Shown: positions 32,801 through 43,372 of the stretch, piece after piece
Position numbering within the stretch: the stretch's first letter is position 1
How the letters are laid out: every line of letters starts with the position of its first letter
NCBI GenBank assembly: GCA_964247055.1
Contig: OZ176052.1
Location: 2,046,001-2,110,000 of the forward strand
Reading direction: 5' to 3'
DNA length: 64,000 nt
Source of the DNA: Paragordius varius
Taxonomy: Eukaryota > Animalia > Nematomorpha
Translations under genes and position numbers: made by a program
The notes under the pieces: generated by a model
What the model was told of the DNA's origin: nothing
Databases searched by the model: none
The model's input: the letters and a program-made list of their open reading frames with translations, nothing else

Positions 32801-35446
32801 ACTTTAAGATAATTAAATGGTTTATTTTATGTGCTTTTAACATGGGACGAAATTTTAAAATTAATGTACAAAATGACAATTTTGAATAATCAGGTTGGTT
32901 AATTAAAAAATAGGAGCTAGATAAAAGGTTTTAAGATTACATTTACATTTAACTGATCCAATTCAATATGTAGAATTTTTCAATTTAGAGATATGTTGCT
33001 ATTTATCCAATTATAAATAAAAAATATAATATAACATTCTAAATTAATTTTTAGATTTGAATATAAAAGAAATGTCCTTAAATTATATGCTTAGCTGTTT
33101 ATTGGTAAATTAAATGATCAAAATGTATTCATATATTTAAAATTATTGAGTTTTTTTGAAAACCACAACTGTTAATTATAATATATCAACTCTTAAACAT
33201 AATTTAATAATTTAATTTAATTCAAATATTAATATCGCCAAATTACCTGAAGTTCGGTGGTTGTAAAGTGTCCTAAATATATATAATAAATATATATAAT
33301 TAAACAATTAATAAATATATACATTATTCATCTAGAAAATATATGCAGCAAAAATTTAGGGTGTCACATAATCATTTTTATATTGTTTTAATTGGATTGT
33401 TTCAAGTCTTTTTTCTCTAATTTTTTGAAAATAAGAATAAATGTTTTAGACCTTATGCTTTAGAATTCTGGTGTTTCTCCTGTAAATTTATTTCAACCTA
33501 AATTATAGTTAAAACCTTTAAAAAATAAATAATGAGTGTTTAAAATATTTTAATTATATATTTATCTAAATATTTATAAAATTTTAATTATAATTTAGGG
33601 ATTTTTTATTGTGTAAGTGTAACATGGGATAACATGGGTTGATGTAAATGTTTGGAAATAATATTTTTACAGATTGGTCCATATACTATTTTGTTAAGAA
33701 GTCAATTAAAAATTGTTTATTTATACCAAATTTAGGAAACAATTTGTATGTTTTTATGTTTAAATGAGAATCTAGAATTAAGCATATATTGGATGGGTCA
33801 AATATCAACTACGTAGATTTAGCATTTACCTGTTTTTTTTAATCAAACCATTATTTAATATAAGTAGCATGCGTTTTGTTTTATATTATAGATTTAATTT
33901 CCAATTCATAAAATTTTGATTTCTTCGAATTTGGTTAATGTGCATATATAATCTTTAAAACAAATTGTATGCTTTACAAAAACTGAATAATCTTTCCAAT
34001 TTAATCATTTTTCCAGTTTTTTCCAAGATATTATATTACAATGTAATATATTTGTAAAATTGTGCCTTTACCAGGTTCAAAATGAGATTCAGCCTTTGCA
34101 ATAGCACGCCCGCTTACATCTACAATCTGAAAGACAAAGTTAGTGTCTGACCAAGCCGGGTTCAAAATTAAAACGCTCAATTTATACGGCGATCCAGGTC
34201 GAAAGACTTTTGGTGACAAAATGACATAATCTGATTTGGATGTTCCAAATAATTCTTTGGGACTAACAAAATATAATGACAAACATCTTAAATATATTTC
34301 ACAATTTATTATTTAGTAGCAAAAATATGAGTTATAAGCCTATAATTAATAGCAAATAAATGATGTTGAAAATGCTAGGGTATAATAGATTTTATTGATT
34401 GTGTAAAAATTATCAGATCTAAAATTATTATGACCACAATATTTATCTATATCATATATCACAATAAATGAAGGAAAAGTTACCAAGAGGGTGTGTATGA
34501 AATGAATTTTATACATACACTGTGTAAATTTTATTTGAGACTTAATTTTTAGTCGATGATGAGTTATTATAATTCGAGAACAAATCCGATCAAGAGCCAT
34601 ATAAGATAAATATTCGAAGAACAAAAAAGCAGCTGTTTTCAATATATGACTATAAATTTTTTTTGGTTTAAATTTAACATGCCAATAAAATAATTTTCTG
34701 TATCTTGGATGCCGAACAAAGTTTTCATATCAATACCGTACAAAGAGAAAGCAGACAAAACGTTAATTAAAATAAAAAAAATTTAAAAAATCATCATAAC
34801 ATTTTTTATAAAGAAGCCTTTACGTTTTGAGATAGCAAAAAAAGTATTAGAGAGGAAAATTGGAAAAACATTTAATTATATATATTCCATTATTGTAATC
34901 ATAGAGTTTATATAGAAAATATAATGTAAAGGTTTAAAAGTATGGTTGCCATTTTTAAATAATATTTTTTAATTTTTACGTTTTGTCCGTATTTATTTTT
35001 CACTCTAATGATACATCCGAAAAAACTTAACATTTAAAAATGAATAGTTTAAAACCTAGGACCTCGATACCCCCATAATAATTTTTACAATATTTTATAA
35101 AAAAAATTGAACGAATTAAACATTTTGAAAATTTAAGGAAATATCTTATATTTTTTTAGTTTTATTAAAAACCTTTTTAAAAACAGCTGACTGTTCATCT
35201 GTATTTGATTATATATATGCAATGGGACCCTGAAAATTTACAAATTTCTAATATTTTGTAAAAACAAAAACTACATTTAACCGAAATATAATCATTAGAA
35301 AAATATAGAAGAAAATAATTCAATGATTGCAAAAATAAATTTAAAATCCAATACCTTCTAGTTATTGGGTCTTCGGCTAGGGCATTATAGAGATATATCC
35401 CAATCAAAGAACATATTAAAATTTTGGAAAAATTAAAATTTATCAT
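17188..35446 (-). CDS. CD109: Thioester-containing protein, CD109/insect-TEP-like (alpha-2-macroglobulin family), ~1577 aa, 31 exons
   Basis: Exons 35446-35355, 34262-34072, 33272-33247, 32756-32573, 32224-32102, 31920-31847, 31797-31755, 31536-31343, 30124-29903, 29473-29291, 28945-28769, 28289-28101, 28004-27855, 27431-27226, 26907-26791, 26429-26312, 26242-26126, 25685-25593, 25529-25401, 23501-23336, 22986-22801, 22489-22345, 22120-21964, 21847-21770, 21662-21470, 21134-20965, 19881-19648, 19160-18872, 18555-18284, 18032-17930, 17300-17188 are all phase-consistent. Features: signal peptide MINFNFSKILICSLIGIYLYNALA; motifs FIQLDKSYY, LPVFEV, FKPGLPY, VRKYFPDTWIW, GCAEQ, STWLTAFV, STQDTIIALQAL, MLEMGIPSGF, YQYYNP; C-terminal CDICTEGC. 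Orthology to CD109 versus other TEP clades needs a tree. Confidence 0.93.
17373..17723. mobile_element. MITE family 1 copy (full length, 4 right-arm repeats)
   Basis: TACCATTTACAATTCAAATT...GGTGAATTTGAATTATAAATGGTA with shared core. Confidence 0.9.
18604..18837. mobile_element. Tc1/mariner-like MITE family 4 copy (TACAGTAAAA...TTTTACTGTA)
   Basis: Inverted termini and an internal aattgattgtgt..accaatttacatctcta.ttcatact core shared with other copies. Confidence 0.75.
19169..19630. mobile_element. MITE family 4: full copy (19169-19449) followed by a right-half copy
   Basis: TACAGTAAAAACTG...TTTTTACTGTA, then a repeat of the core and right arm ending ttttgtctgtattttatttactcta. Confidence 0.7.
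20083..20308. mobile_element. MITE family 1, diverged copy
   Basis: caactcaaattcacccttgaacaattc ... gaattgttcaagggtgaatttgaagtataaatggta. Confidence 0.75.
20770..20800. repeat. (TA)n microsatellite
   Basis: Direct reading. Confidence 0.95.
23687..25174. mobile_element. Foldback-like non-autonomous DNA element (family 2), 1488 bp, ~245-bp TIRs each built from ten 21-bp repeats
   Basis: Both ends read TACCATTTCCCAGTCTAAATAAA followed by 10 x CGTTTTCCCAGTCAATCGAAA-type units. Flanked by TA. No transposase ORF in the ~1-kb interior. Confidence 0.92.
24297..24560. mobile_element. hAT-like MITE relic nested inside the foldback element
   Basis: CAAGGGTGTCCAAC end resembles the 26999 element; CGCGGGCCGCATAAAG subterminal motif near 24529. 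Confidence 0.45.
26434..26724. mobile_element. MITE family 4 copy (best preserved)
   Basis: TACAGTAAAAATTGAAATTATAATACGGACAAAAC versus TTTTGTCCGTATGATTTCAAATTTTACTGTA inverted termini. Confidence 0.88.
26999..27204. mobile_element. hAT-type MITE with degenerate 8-bp target-site duplication
   Basis: TIRs CAGGGGTGTCCAACAC / GTGTTGGCACACTCCTG; flanks ATCTAAGC versus ATCTTACC (6/8 match). Confidence 0.65.
27451..27760. mobile_element. MITE family 1, diverged copy
   Basis: TACCATTTACACCTCATATT... left arm, degenerate right arm tgtttaagggtgattt...gaactgtccaaaggg. Confidence 0.75.
30184..30400. mobile_element. Tc1-like MITE relic with an internal hairpin
   Basis: TACAGTCAAACTTCTG start, perfect stem TTATGCGGT/ACCGCATAA, degenerate aggtggatcaactga right end. 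Confidence 0.4.
30650..31161. repeat. Diverged ~510-bp inverted-repeat (foldback) element
   Basis: agctggaaaatatataat / attatatgttttccagct ends. Inner arms ttttatggctttttg / aaaaaagccataaaa and ttgtcaaactcta..ttcaattttagtgatt / atcactaaaatcgaaa..agttgacaa pair in the correct order. Confidence 0.7.
32312..32556. mobile_element. MITE family 4 copy
   Basis: tacagcaaacattaaaattatacggacaa ... ttttcaatttttactgta. More degenerate partial copies lie at ~29020-29270, ~29680-29885, ~34900-35010, ~45250-45500 and ~51965-52200. Confidence 0.7.
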
Positions 35447-37978
35447 ATACCAATTATAATAGTATTTAAAAAACAAGCATTGTTTTGCTGTATACAACTT
35501 ATAAGTAAAATTGAACATATGGATTTAAAACTTATTTGTAAAAGACAAGTTAATATATGCCTTGTTACATTTGTTGTTTCAATGTATAATAAAATATATT
35601 GTGACATGTGTCAAACTAGATTCTGCAAGTCTTTATCTGCTATTTAGAATCTGTCTTTGGCTTATTATATTTTTTTAAATTTTAATCTAAAATTTGAGAT
35701 TAAACAATTTTTCGAATATTCTTCATATAATTTTATTGGGTTAAATATATTTTAAAATGGTCGTGAGACTTGGATATCTATTGGAAATTTATATTAATAA
35801 ATAAATAAATTATTTTACGTATCATATTCGAAACTTTTATGATTGCAAACTAAATAGGAGCTATCATTTTTAGATGCTAGAAATAGTAACAGGTTAATTT
35901 GCAAGATAAATTAAAAAATTAGATATTTTTACATAGATGGTCTATAAGCGAATCCTTCAGAACATTGGAAACAGTTATATTATAAATGTCAAAATTGTAC
36001 ATTGATATATGAATGCTTGGTCTAAAAAAATTATCCCAAACATCTTAGTGAAAAATAGGTTTTTGACCACAACAACTATCATTAATATGACAGTATATTA
36101 AGATTAAACATAGTTTCTTGTGCATTCAGGAGACTAGATGTATTCAGGTTCTAAAGATGGTTGCAGTGAGGTCATAATTGTTTGTCCAAGTTTTTCCAAT
36201 CAAGTAATTAAGTTAGACGTGCTTACAGTAGAATTATAAGTATTGACATATTGTTAGATAAGGGTCTTTACAATTTAAGCGTTTATGCTCCTCAGATACA
36301 GTTGGCCAAACTGGGAAAAGATAAACTTTATGATTTGTTGCATGGTGAAATGATTTTATTAGCCAAAAACAGATAAATTATATTTTGTGGTGCAATATAC
36401 ATTTGGGACAAATCGAAGAAATTTTGAGCCTGGGCACGGATATCCCTGTACGGCGAAAGTCCTTAAAGTAAGTTATGAACTGGAAAGTCATACCTAATCT
36501 GATTACGCATAATTAAATCATGTGTAACGATATGACCTATATTATCAATAAATGTTAAAAAGCGTTAGCTCATAACGCTCAGAGTAATAGAAGGGGATCC
36601 CATAAAAAAACCCAAATATGAATAATAAATATTACTCATTGATTTGATGTAGAAACAACATCTATCAACTCATTTTTTTGTTAGGCTGAGTTTTTCCCCG
36701 AAGACCGGGATCAAAATCCAAATCAATGCCACATATCTTTGATCACTATTTTCGGGAAAAAAATCTCTCTTAATCAAAAAATTGAGGCGATAGAAAGTTT
36801 TTCTGCCTTGAATTGTGTATGAATATATATTAAATAATCAAAATTTTGTTAATACTTTACTTCGCCTTTGGTGCAAATTAATCAAATATTTTTTTATAGG
36901 CCTCAACCATCAAAGCGGTATATTGTTTATACCAAACCTTTTTTTAATCAAAATTTTTCAACCAAACTAAAATTTAGTTGTCTCATATTTTATGGTATTA
37001 TTTTAGATAGGCTATAAAAACAATTTAAAAAACAATTTTTCACACTTTTTGATGTATTTCTATTCTAAAAATTGGTCCTCTTCAAATTTACGTTACTGGG
37101 CGGGATGATAAAAAAGTTGCACTTATGTAAGTCAAGAAGTTGATCAAGTTTGATTAAGCCAGGGAGTGTACATCCGAATATCGGTGATTAAAAAACACTT
37201 AAAAGTCTTTTTCTTATGAAATTAACATTTTTTGGTGGCGACCTAATTCAATTTATACGGGGATTATTTTTTTTGACTAAAAAATATGAAATAAGGCTAA
37301 AGAAAGATAAACAATCAATAGACTAAACATTTATTGAAGTTATCAAATTCAATGGCACTATATTGATAATCGAAAATTAAATAGAAAATTAATAAGATAA
37401 TTATTAACATTATCATTATATTACGAATTTTACAACTGTTATTACAAAACATAATAATCCGTCATTAACCATTACAAAATCAATGGCACTATGTTATCAT
37501 TATGTCCTACAGATTCTTTTAAATATTGAGAGACCAGCACCTAAAATTTAAGTTGATGAAACCATTCGCCCTTAAAACACTCTTGTATCTATTTACCATA
37601 ATATGTTTTCCCATCTAATACTAATTATATTACACCAGAATTATAACGAAATAATTGATTTTATATTTTGCTCTATTTTTTCCATTCTAAGTTGGACCAA
37701 AATTATAACGAAATAGTTGTTTCATATTTTTCGCTATTTTTAAAGAAATTATGTGCCAGGCATTCACCATGAATTCCTGGATTATGGATATCTTGCCACT
37801 GCTTCGTTTTGCTAGTGAGGAGCCCTTGTGCGAATACAATGGGATTTTATAAAATACAGCAACATATTATTATTTTTTAACTTATAAATATCAGTACATT
37901 TGTCACAAACTTTTGATTACATAAACTCTTTTTAAATAAAAATTACCATATAAGCGAAAAACGCCATCTTTATGTTTT

Positions 37979-38258
37979 ACAACAATATGGAGATCATTAT
38001 TATTAGCTTACCATTGCGATTAGGAGTCATAGTACTTTCTATCGAGCAATTGTTGGTCTTATGAAACAAAAATTTGAGATGTTTATGTGTGGCAGACGAG
38101 TCCCTTACAACGACGAAACGAGTCTTATACTATGACACGTGGTAAACACTGTCATATTAAAATTTTCATTTCATAAAGCCACCAATTGCTCGATAGGAAA
38201 TATTATAACTTCTAATTTCAATGGTATGCTTATATTAATGATATTCATATTATGTTGT
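37979..38258. repeat. Palindromic element with ~90-bp arms and ~100-bp spacer
   Basis: accattgcgattaggagtcatagtactttctatcgagcaattgttggtcttatgaaa is the inverse of tttcataaagccaccaattgctcgataggaaatattataacttctaatttcaatggt. Confidence 0.85.
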
Positions 38259-41200
38259 TATTCAACTCTTTACAAGTTTAAATGATATGAATTAAATTTT
38301 TGCGTATACGAATTTATATAATAAGATTAGACAATTTTGATCGAGATTGATATTTAAATAGATAGATATATACCTTCAATTTTACGTCAATTAAATTAGT
38401 GTTAATTGATCATCAAGTTTGGAAGTAATAATAAATTTAAAATATATCATTCTAAGATTTGATTTAACCTATCGCATTCAGTTAATAAATTCATCAAAGA
38501 TTTAAAGAATATTTTTCAATATAATATAATTGCTAATTAAACAAGCCAAGAAATTTAATTACAAATTTTATTGTTTACGTTTGTGATTACAATTAAATAA
38601 ATTATTGTTGGTTTCAAGTGAATTAATGAAAATTTTTTGGAATTTGTCCATTATGTAATATAGATAATAAATAAATCAATCTTTATTAACAAAAATCCAT
38701 TATTCATACGTAAAAAATTTATTTGATTTTTACATTTAACATTTATGTGATGTTTTTTAGGGTTCACGGTATCAATATAGGATACTTTTAGATGCATTGT
38801 TGTAAAAGTCAACCATTTTAGCGTGGATCAATATGTGAGATTTTCGGAGCCCAATTCAAATTTTTTTATACAAATATTTAGATAAACATTCAACGCTGCG
38901 TCCAAAGGACATATAAATATATTCTGATGAAACGAGTAATATATGAAAAATATTTACAATTTTATGGTATTTTTTTCGTTTCGAATAATCGTCAAATTTG
39001 TAATCTATATTTTTATAAAAATAGAAAATGCTGGCTTTGTGATTTGTTTCCGCATAACCGGTAGACCCATTCAAATCCAAATGTCGAATATGAATGCCCC
39101 GACAATAGCTTGGCCCTTTTTTGAATTAGGTTTCCAGTTCGGGCCCCTCTGTTAAAAAACGGTTTTTTTTTAAAACACAAATCCACAAAAATCGTGTCTT
39201 TGAGACAATTTTCCGGAGAACGTGTTGGACCATTCTATTTCAATATGATTTTTTTTACTTCTTTTCGATTGCGAACATAGTCGGCTCGCTTTTTTAATTT
39301 AGGCCCTTTTTTACCCGCTCACCCCGTAAAATGCCATTTCCAAGAAAAGTTCACAAAAATAATTTTTTGAATATATTTTTGCCCAAAGTATAAGACCGTA
39401 GAATTCAATAAAGATTCCATGTATTCCCTGTTAAAAGGCAAAAATTTTAGTCGTTTGCTTCTTTGATGATAGCTGCTAAGTAAGGTGCTACCCACTAAAA
39501 ACTGATCCGTAATACCGAAATAGTGTGCCTTTGGGGTTAAAAAACCTATCAGGCCATATGTGTTCAATCTATGCTCAAAATTATACCCGCAACAAGACAA
39601 AAATTTAAGTCGAGCCGATTTTTAGAATTAGCGATTAAATAGGCCCTTTACGCCCTAAAAAATGCGCTATCATTGAAATATTATTTAGTTTTGGAGCCAT
39701 TCTTCTATAAACTATTAAGAACATATGGAATGAATAATGTTTTCAGGTATTCCCGTAAGGCAAAATTTTTTATCGAACGTCCTTTTTATATTGGCCTTTG
39801 GGTAGGGGCTACCAGCCAACAACTGCGTTTCCATACCGATGCAGCCCTTTGGAGCAATTTCGGAAAACCTATGATTAGAATAGGAACATATGGAATCCAT
39901 GATAATTCCAGATAATTCCAATATTAAGGCAAAACTTTGCTCACGTTTTTTTTATATCTGCCCTGGGTACCCGCGCACTATATGGCAATCGCGTTGTTTT
40001 GGAGCTAATTTACTGAAATTTTTTGAAGCCACTTTAGCTCATTAAAAGCTTGAAATATTATTTACTGAACTGGTAAAGAAGGTCAAGGCTTTTTTATTAG
40101 CCGTTAATTTGGGGCTCTTATGCCCTAAAAATACGCCATCAATAACGATTAGTTAGTGTTGAGGTATTTTTTTTAATAACCTATGAGACGACGGTATCAA
40201 AAATGATTCCAAATGTTTGCCCTAAGGCAAAGATTTTAAACAGCGCTTTTTTCACAGGTAGAAGTCGGTTTAAAAATAAGACGCCATACAAAAATGGCGT
40301 AATTCTGGAAATTTTTAAAAAAACTTAAGAAGCCATACCCTGTGTCAAAAAATAAAACTATTTTTGCACGTTTCACTCAATAATTGCTTATGTTTTTTTA
40401 TACTAAGATCATTGCTGAATAAATATATTTTGTTAACATTTTTAAAATTTGGTGTGCTTGGGGCCTTTATACTATTCAACTTGCTCAACAATATGTTTTT
40501 AAGGCTATTTTTCGGCAAAATTGAGATCATAATAAATTGAATAGGCGTGGAGATCGCGTATAAAAGCAAAAAAATTTGCTCCTCCCCCAAGAAGTCCGAT
40601 GGACTTCCTCGGCAGCCTGAAATTTAGGCCAGTTCTTAATAATTTTGGTAAAAACTAATGCTCTAATATATAGAATAAATTCGAAATATATGATATATTA
40701 TAATTAAAAGCATTATTTTTTAATTTTAACATTTAGTTGTGTTTAAAAGTCCCAAATTTTTACATTATAAAATGAGCTGGTTCTTTTAAAGTCCCCAATT
40801 GAATAAAAAATTTTATTATGCTAGATTATGGCGTCCAAAAACTTTATTTTGACTGTATATTTTAGCATTTAGCAAATCGGAGCGTCGTTCCTACTATTTT
40901 GTGGCATGATAGAGACGGGAAAATACTTTGTCGACATAATTCGATCATGCTGAAAATTTCTCTTACCTCAAAATTTTGATTGGAACATTCCTTAATCAAA
41001 TTCATGTTAAATACAAAATAAATCTTTACAAAATTTCATCCAAATTTTAAACCACGAACTTTTAAATTAAATTTAGAGGTTGTATAAAGTATCGTATATA
41101 AGAGTCATAATATCTTAAAGTATTATACCGTTTCCTTATCGCGCATTCTCTTAAATTTTATTTTTAGCACACTCGTCTACCGGTCAAAATACGAGTTTCG

Positions 41201-43372
41201 GAACTTTCATCAAAAATTTATTAAAAATATTGTTTCATAAATGTAACACTTGGATACATATTCATTTCAGTCCTTTGATTTAAAGTGGGGTAATATTCCA
41301 GGCCTCTTTAAAATTATAATTCAATAAATATGGGTCAAAAGTTTGAACTTGTATAACATTAAGGAAGCGAAATATAAAAATGAATTTATTTAAAAATATT
41401 GGTGTGGATGATAATAAAATTTTGACATAGCTTGCAAGTTTTTCAAGACATGGCTTGCTTTTATGTAATAAAAAAATATTAGGCGACTTAAGTCAAGCTT
41501 GATTCGAGGGTGATAAAAATATGATCATTAAAGTAAAACTTAAAGATTTTAAGTGTTAAAAATATGGATAAAATTATTGAACTATTTATGTATTTATTTA
41601 AGTTTTATATGTAATTTAAATCTTTGTTAATACTAGCAACTGTTTATTTGATAATTTTGGGCAAATTAACCAATAAGCGGATAAATTTTTAGAAAAACTC
41701 TGCTAATCTTTAAGAATAAAGCATATAAAAATTAGCTAAATTTTCCGTGAACCACCAAAAATTTTTTTAGAAAATAACTAAAAAAATAATAATTTAATCT
41801 TGTTAAAATTTTTTGATTTACGTTTTACAAAAAATAAACGCTAACCGTTACTTCACATTAAAACATGTAAAGAAAAAACCATAATTTTATTTCAAATTTA
41901 ATGTCGAATCATTAAAAATAATATGTTATAATGAGACATCTTCCTATTATTTGCATATGGACTCCTGACAAAATGAGTACTGTGGTAAAATATGTTTTAA
42001 CACTTGGCAACACATTTTTTAGCTTCGTTTCAAATTGGGGTTAAATACCCCAGCCCTTTTTAAAATTATATTCTTAAAAAAATATGGAAGGAATCGAAAC
42101 CATTGCAAAATTTTGCACTAATATAAAATTAGTAAACCGAAATATATAAAAAAAATATTCAAAAATACTTGATATTACTTATTTAAAGCTAAAACCGAAA
42201 AGTAAAAATTTAGTTAATGACATGTGTGCAAGGGTAAAATAAAAAATAATAAAAATAAACCACTTTTTTCTATCTCTATCAATGTTAGATGTAATTTTAA
42301 AAAATTAGCTTTAATTTATCTTTAAAATTAAATGATGACGATATTTCGCAAAAATTTTGTAAAATAAAAATGGTCGAAGTAATTTGACATGAAACTTTTT
42401 TTCAAAACAAAATTTTAGGATATTTTGGCATATTTATATAATTTTTTTTAAAAATAGAAGCATAAATTTAAATTAAGACCGGTTTCATTCAGCAGTTTTT
42501 AAAAATCTTAACTCAATCTGGGTATTTAAATTCCCAATTTGATTCGAAGTGCTATGGGAGAATGGTTTCATCAACAATTTTGGTTAAGGGACTCAATATT
42601 GAGAAAAATCTATATTATTAAATAAGACACGGGCCATTGAGTTTGAAATACTTTAATAAATGCTATTGGATTGCTTTTTTATCTTTTTGTGCCGTATTTC
42701 AAAAGTTTTGTCTGAAAATGATCAAATATATTTATTTGAATTGTGTGGCATAAGTCATAAACAAAAGACTTGACTTAAGTGTTTATTTTATCTATGATCC
42801 ATAAGTGCTTGCTGGCTTAAGTTTGCTCAACTTACCACGCTTGAATTACACGTCAAGTGAGTGCTACTTTATCACCCACCCGATATTTTACAATAATTGT
42901 AAAGTAAAAAAGGCGCCGAAGTAGTTTGATATGGAAATAATATTCAAAACTAAATTTAATGTAATTTCGGTTTTATTTATATAATTTTTATAATAATAAA
43001 TTTAAATTGGAACCTTTTCTTTCAGAGTTTTTTAAATTTATCAACTTATATAGTCTGGTTCCCTATTATTAAGTTATAATCAAACAGGGGTGTGAAAAAG
43101 ACAATAAACTATTTTGAGAATCAAATATAAAATGGTTCTGGGTAAAAAACTACCCAAATAATAAATATTGAGAGGCCACAAAATGCATGTTTTTATCGTA
43201 AAATAAATTTGACGTGGTTAGACTCTATGGGTAAAATGATGTTAAGCACAATTCTGACAATATTTTTGTCGTAAAGGTCGGTAGTAAATCCCTTGACTTG
43301 CATCGACAATACAAAATTTTTAACAAATATTTTCTCATTCATTTATTAAATCATATTGCCTCCGCCATCTTA

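Noticed and set aside
34346-34642. Track ORF as the TEP first exon
   Set aside because: No signal peptide; exon 35446-35355 gives a proper signal peptide and the correct phase 2 junction
38856-40590. Several 68-93 aa track ORFs in the intergenic region
   Set aside because: No domain motifs, no consistent strand or splice structure; interpreted as chance ORFs in a non-coding element
41440-42880. Shared motifs ACTTAAGTCAAG and GGGTGATAAA on opposite strands
   Set aside because: The order of motifs is inconsistent with a true inverted repeat; too short to interpret
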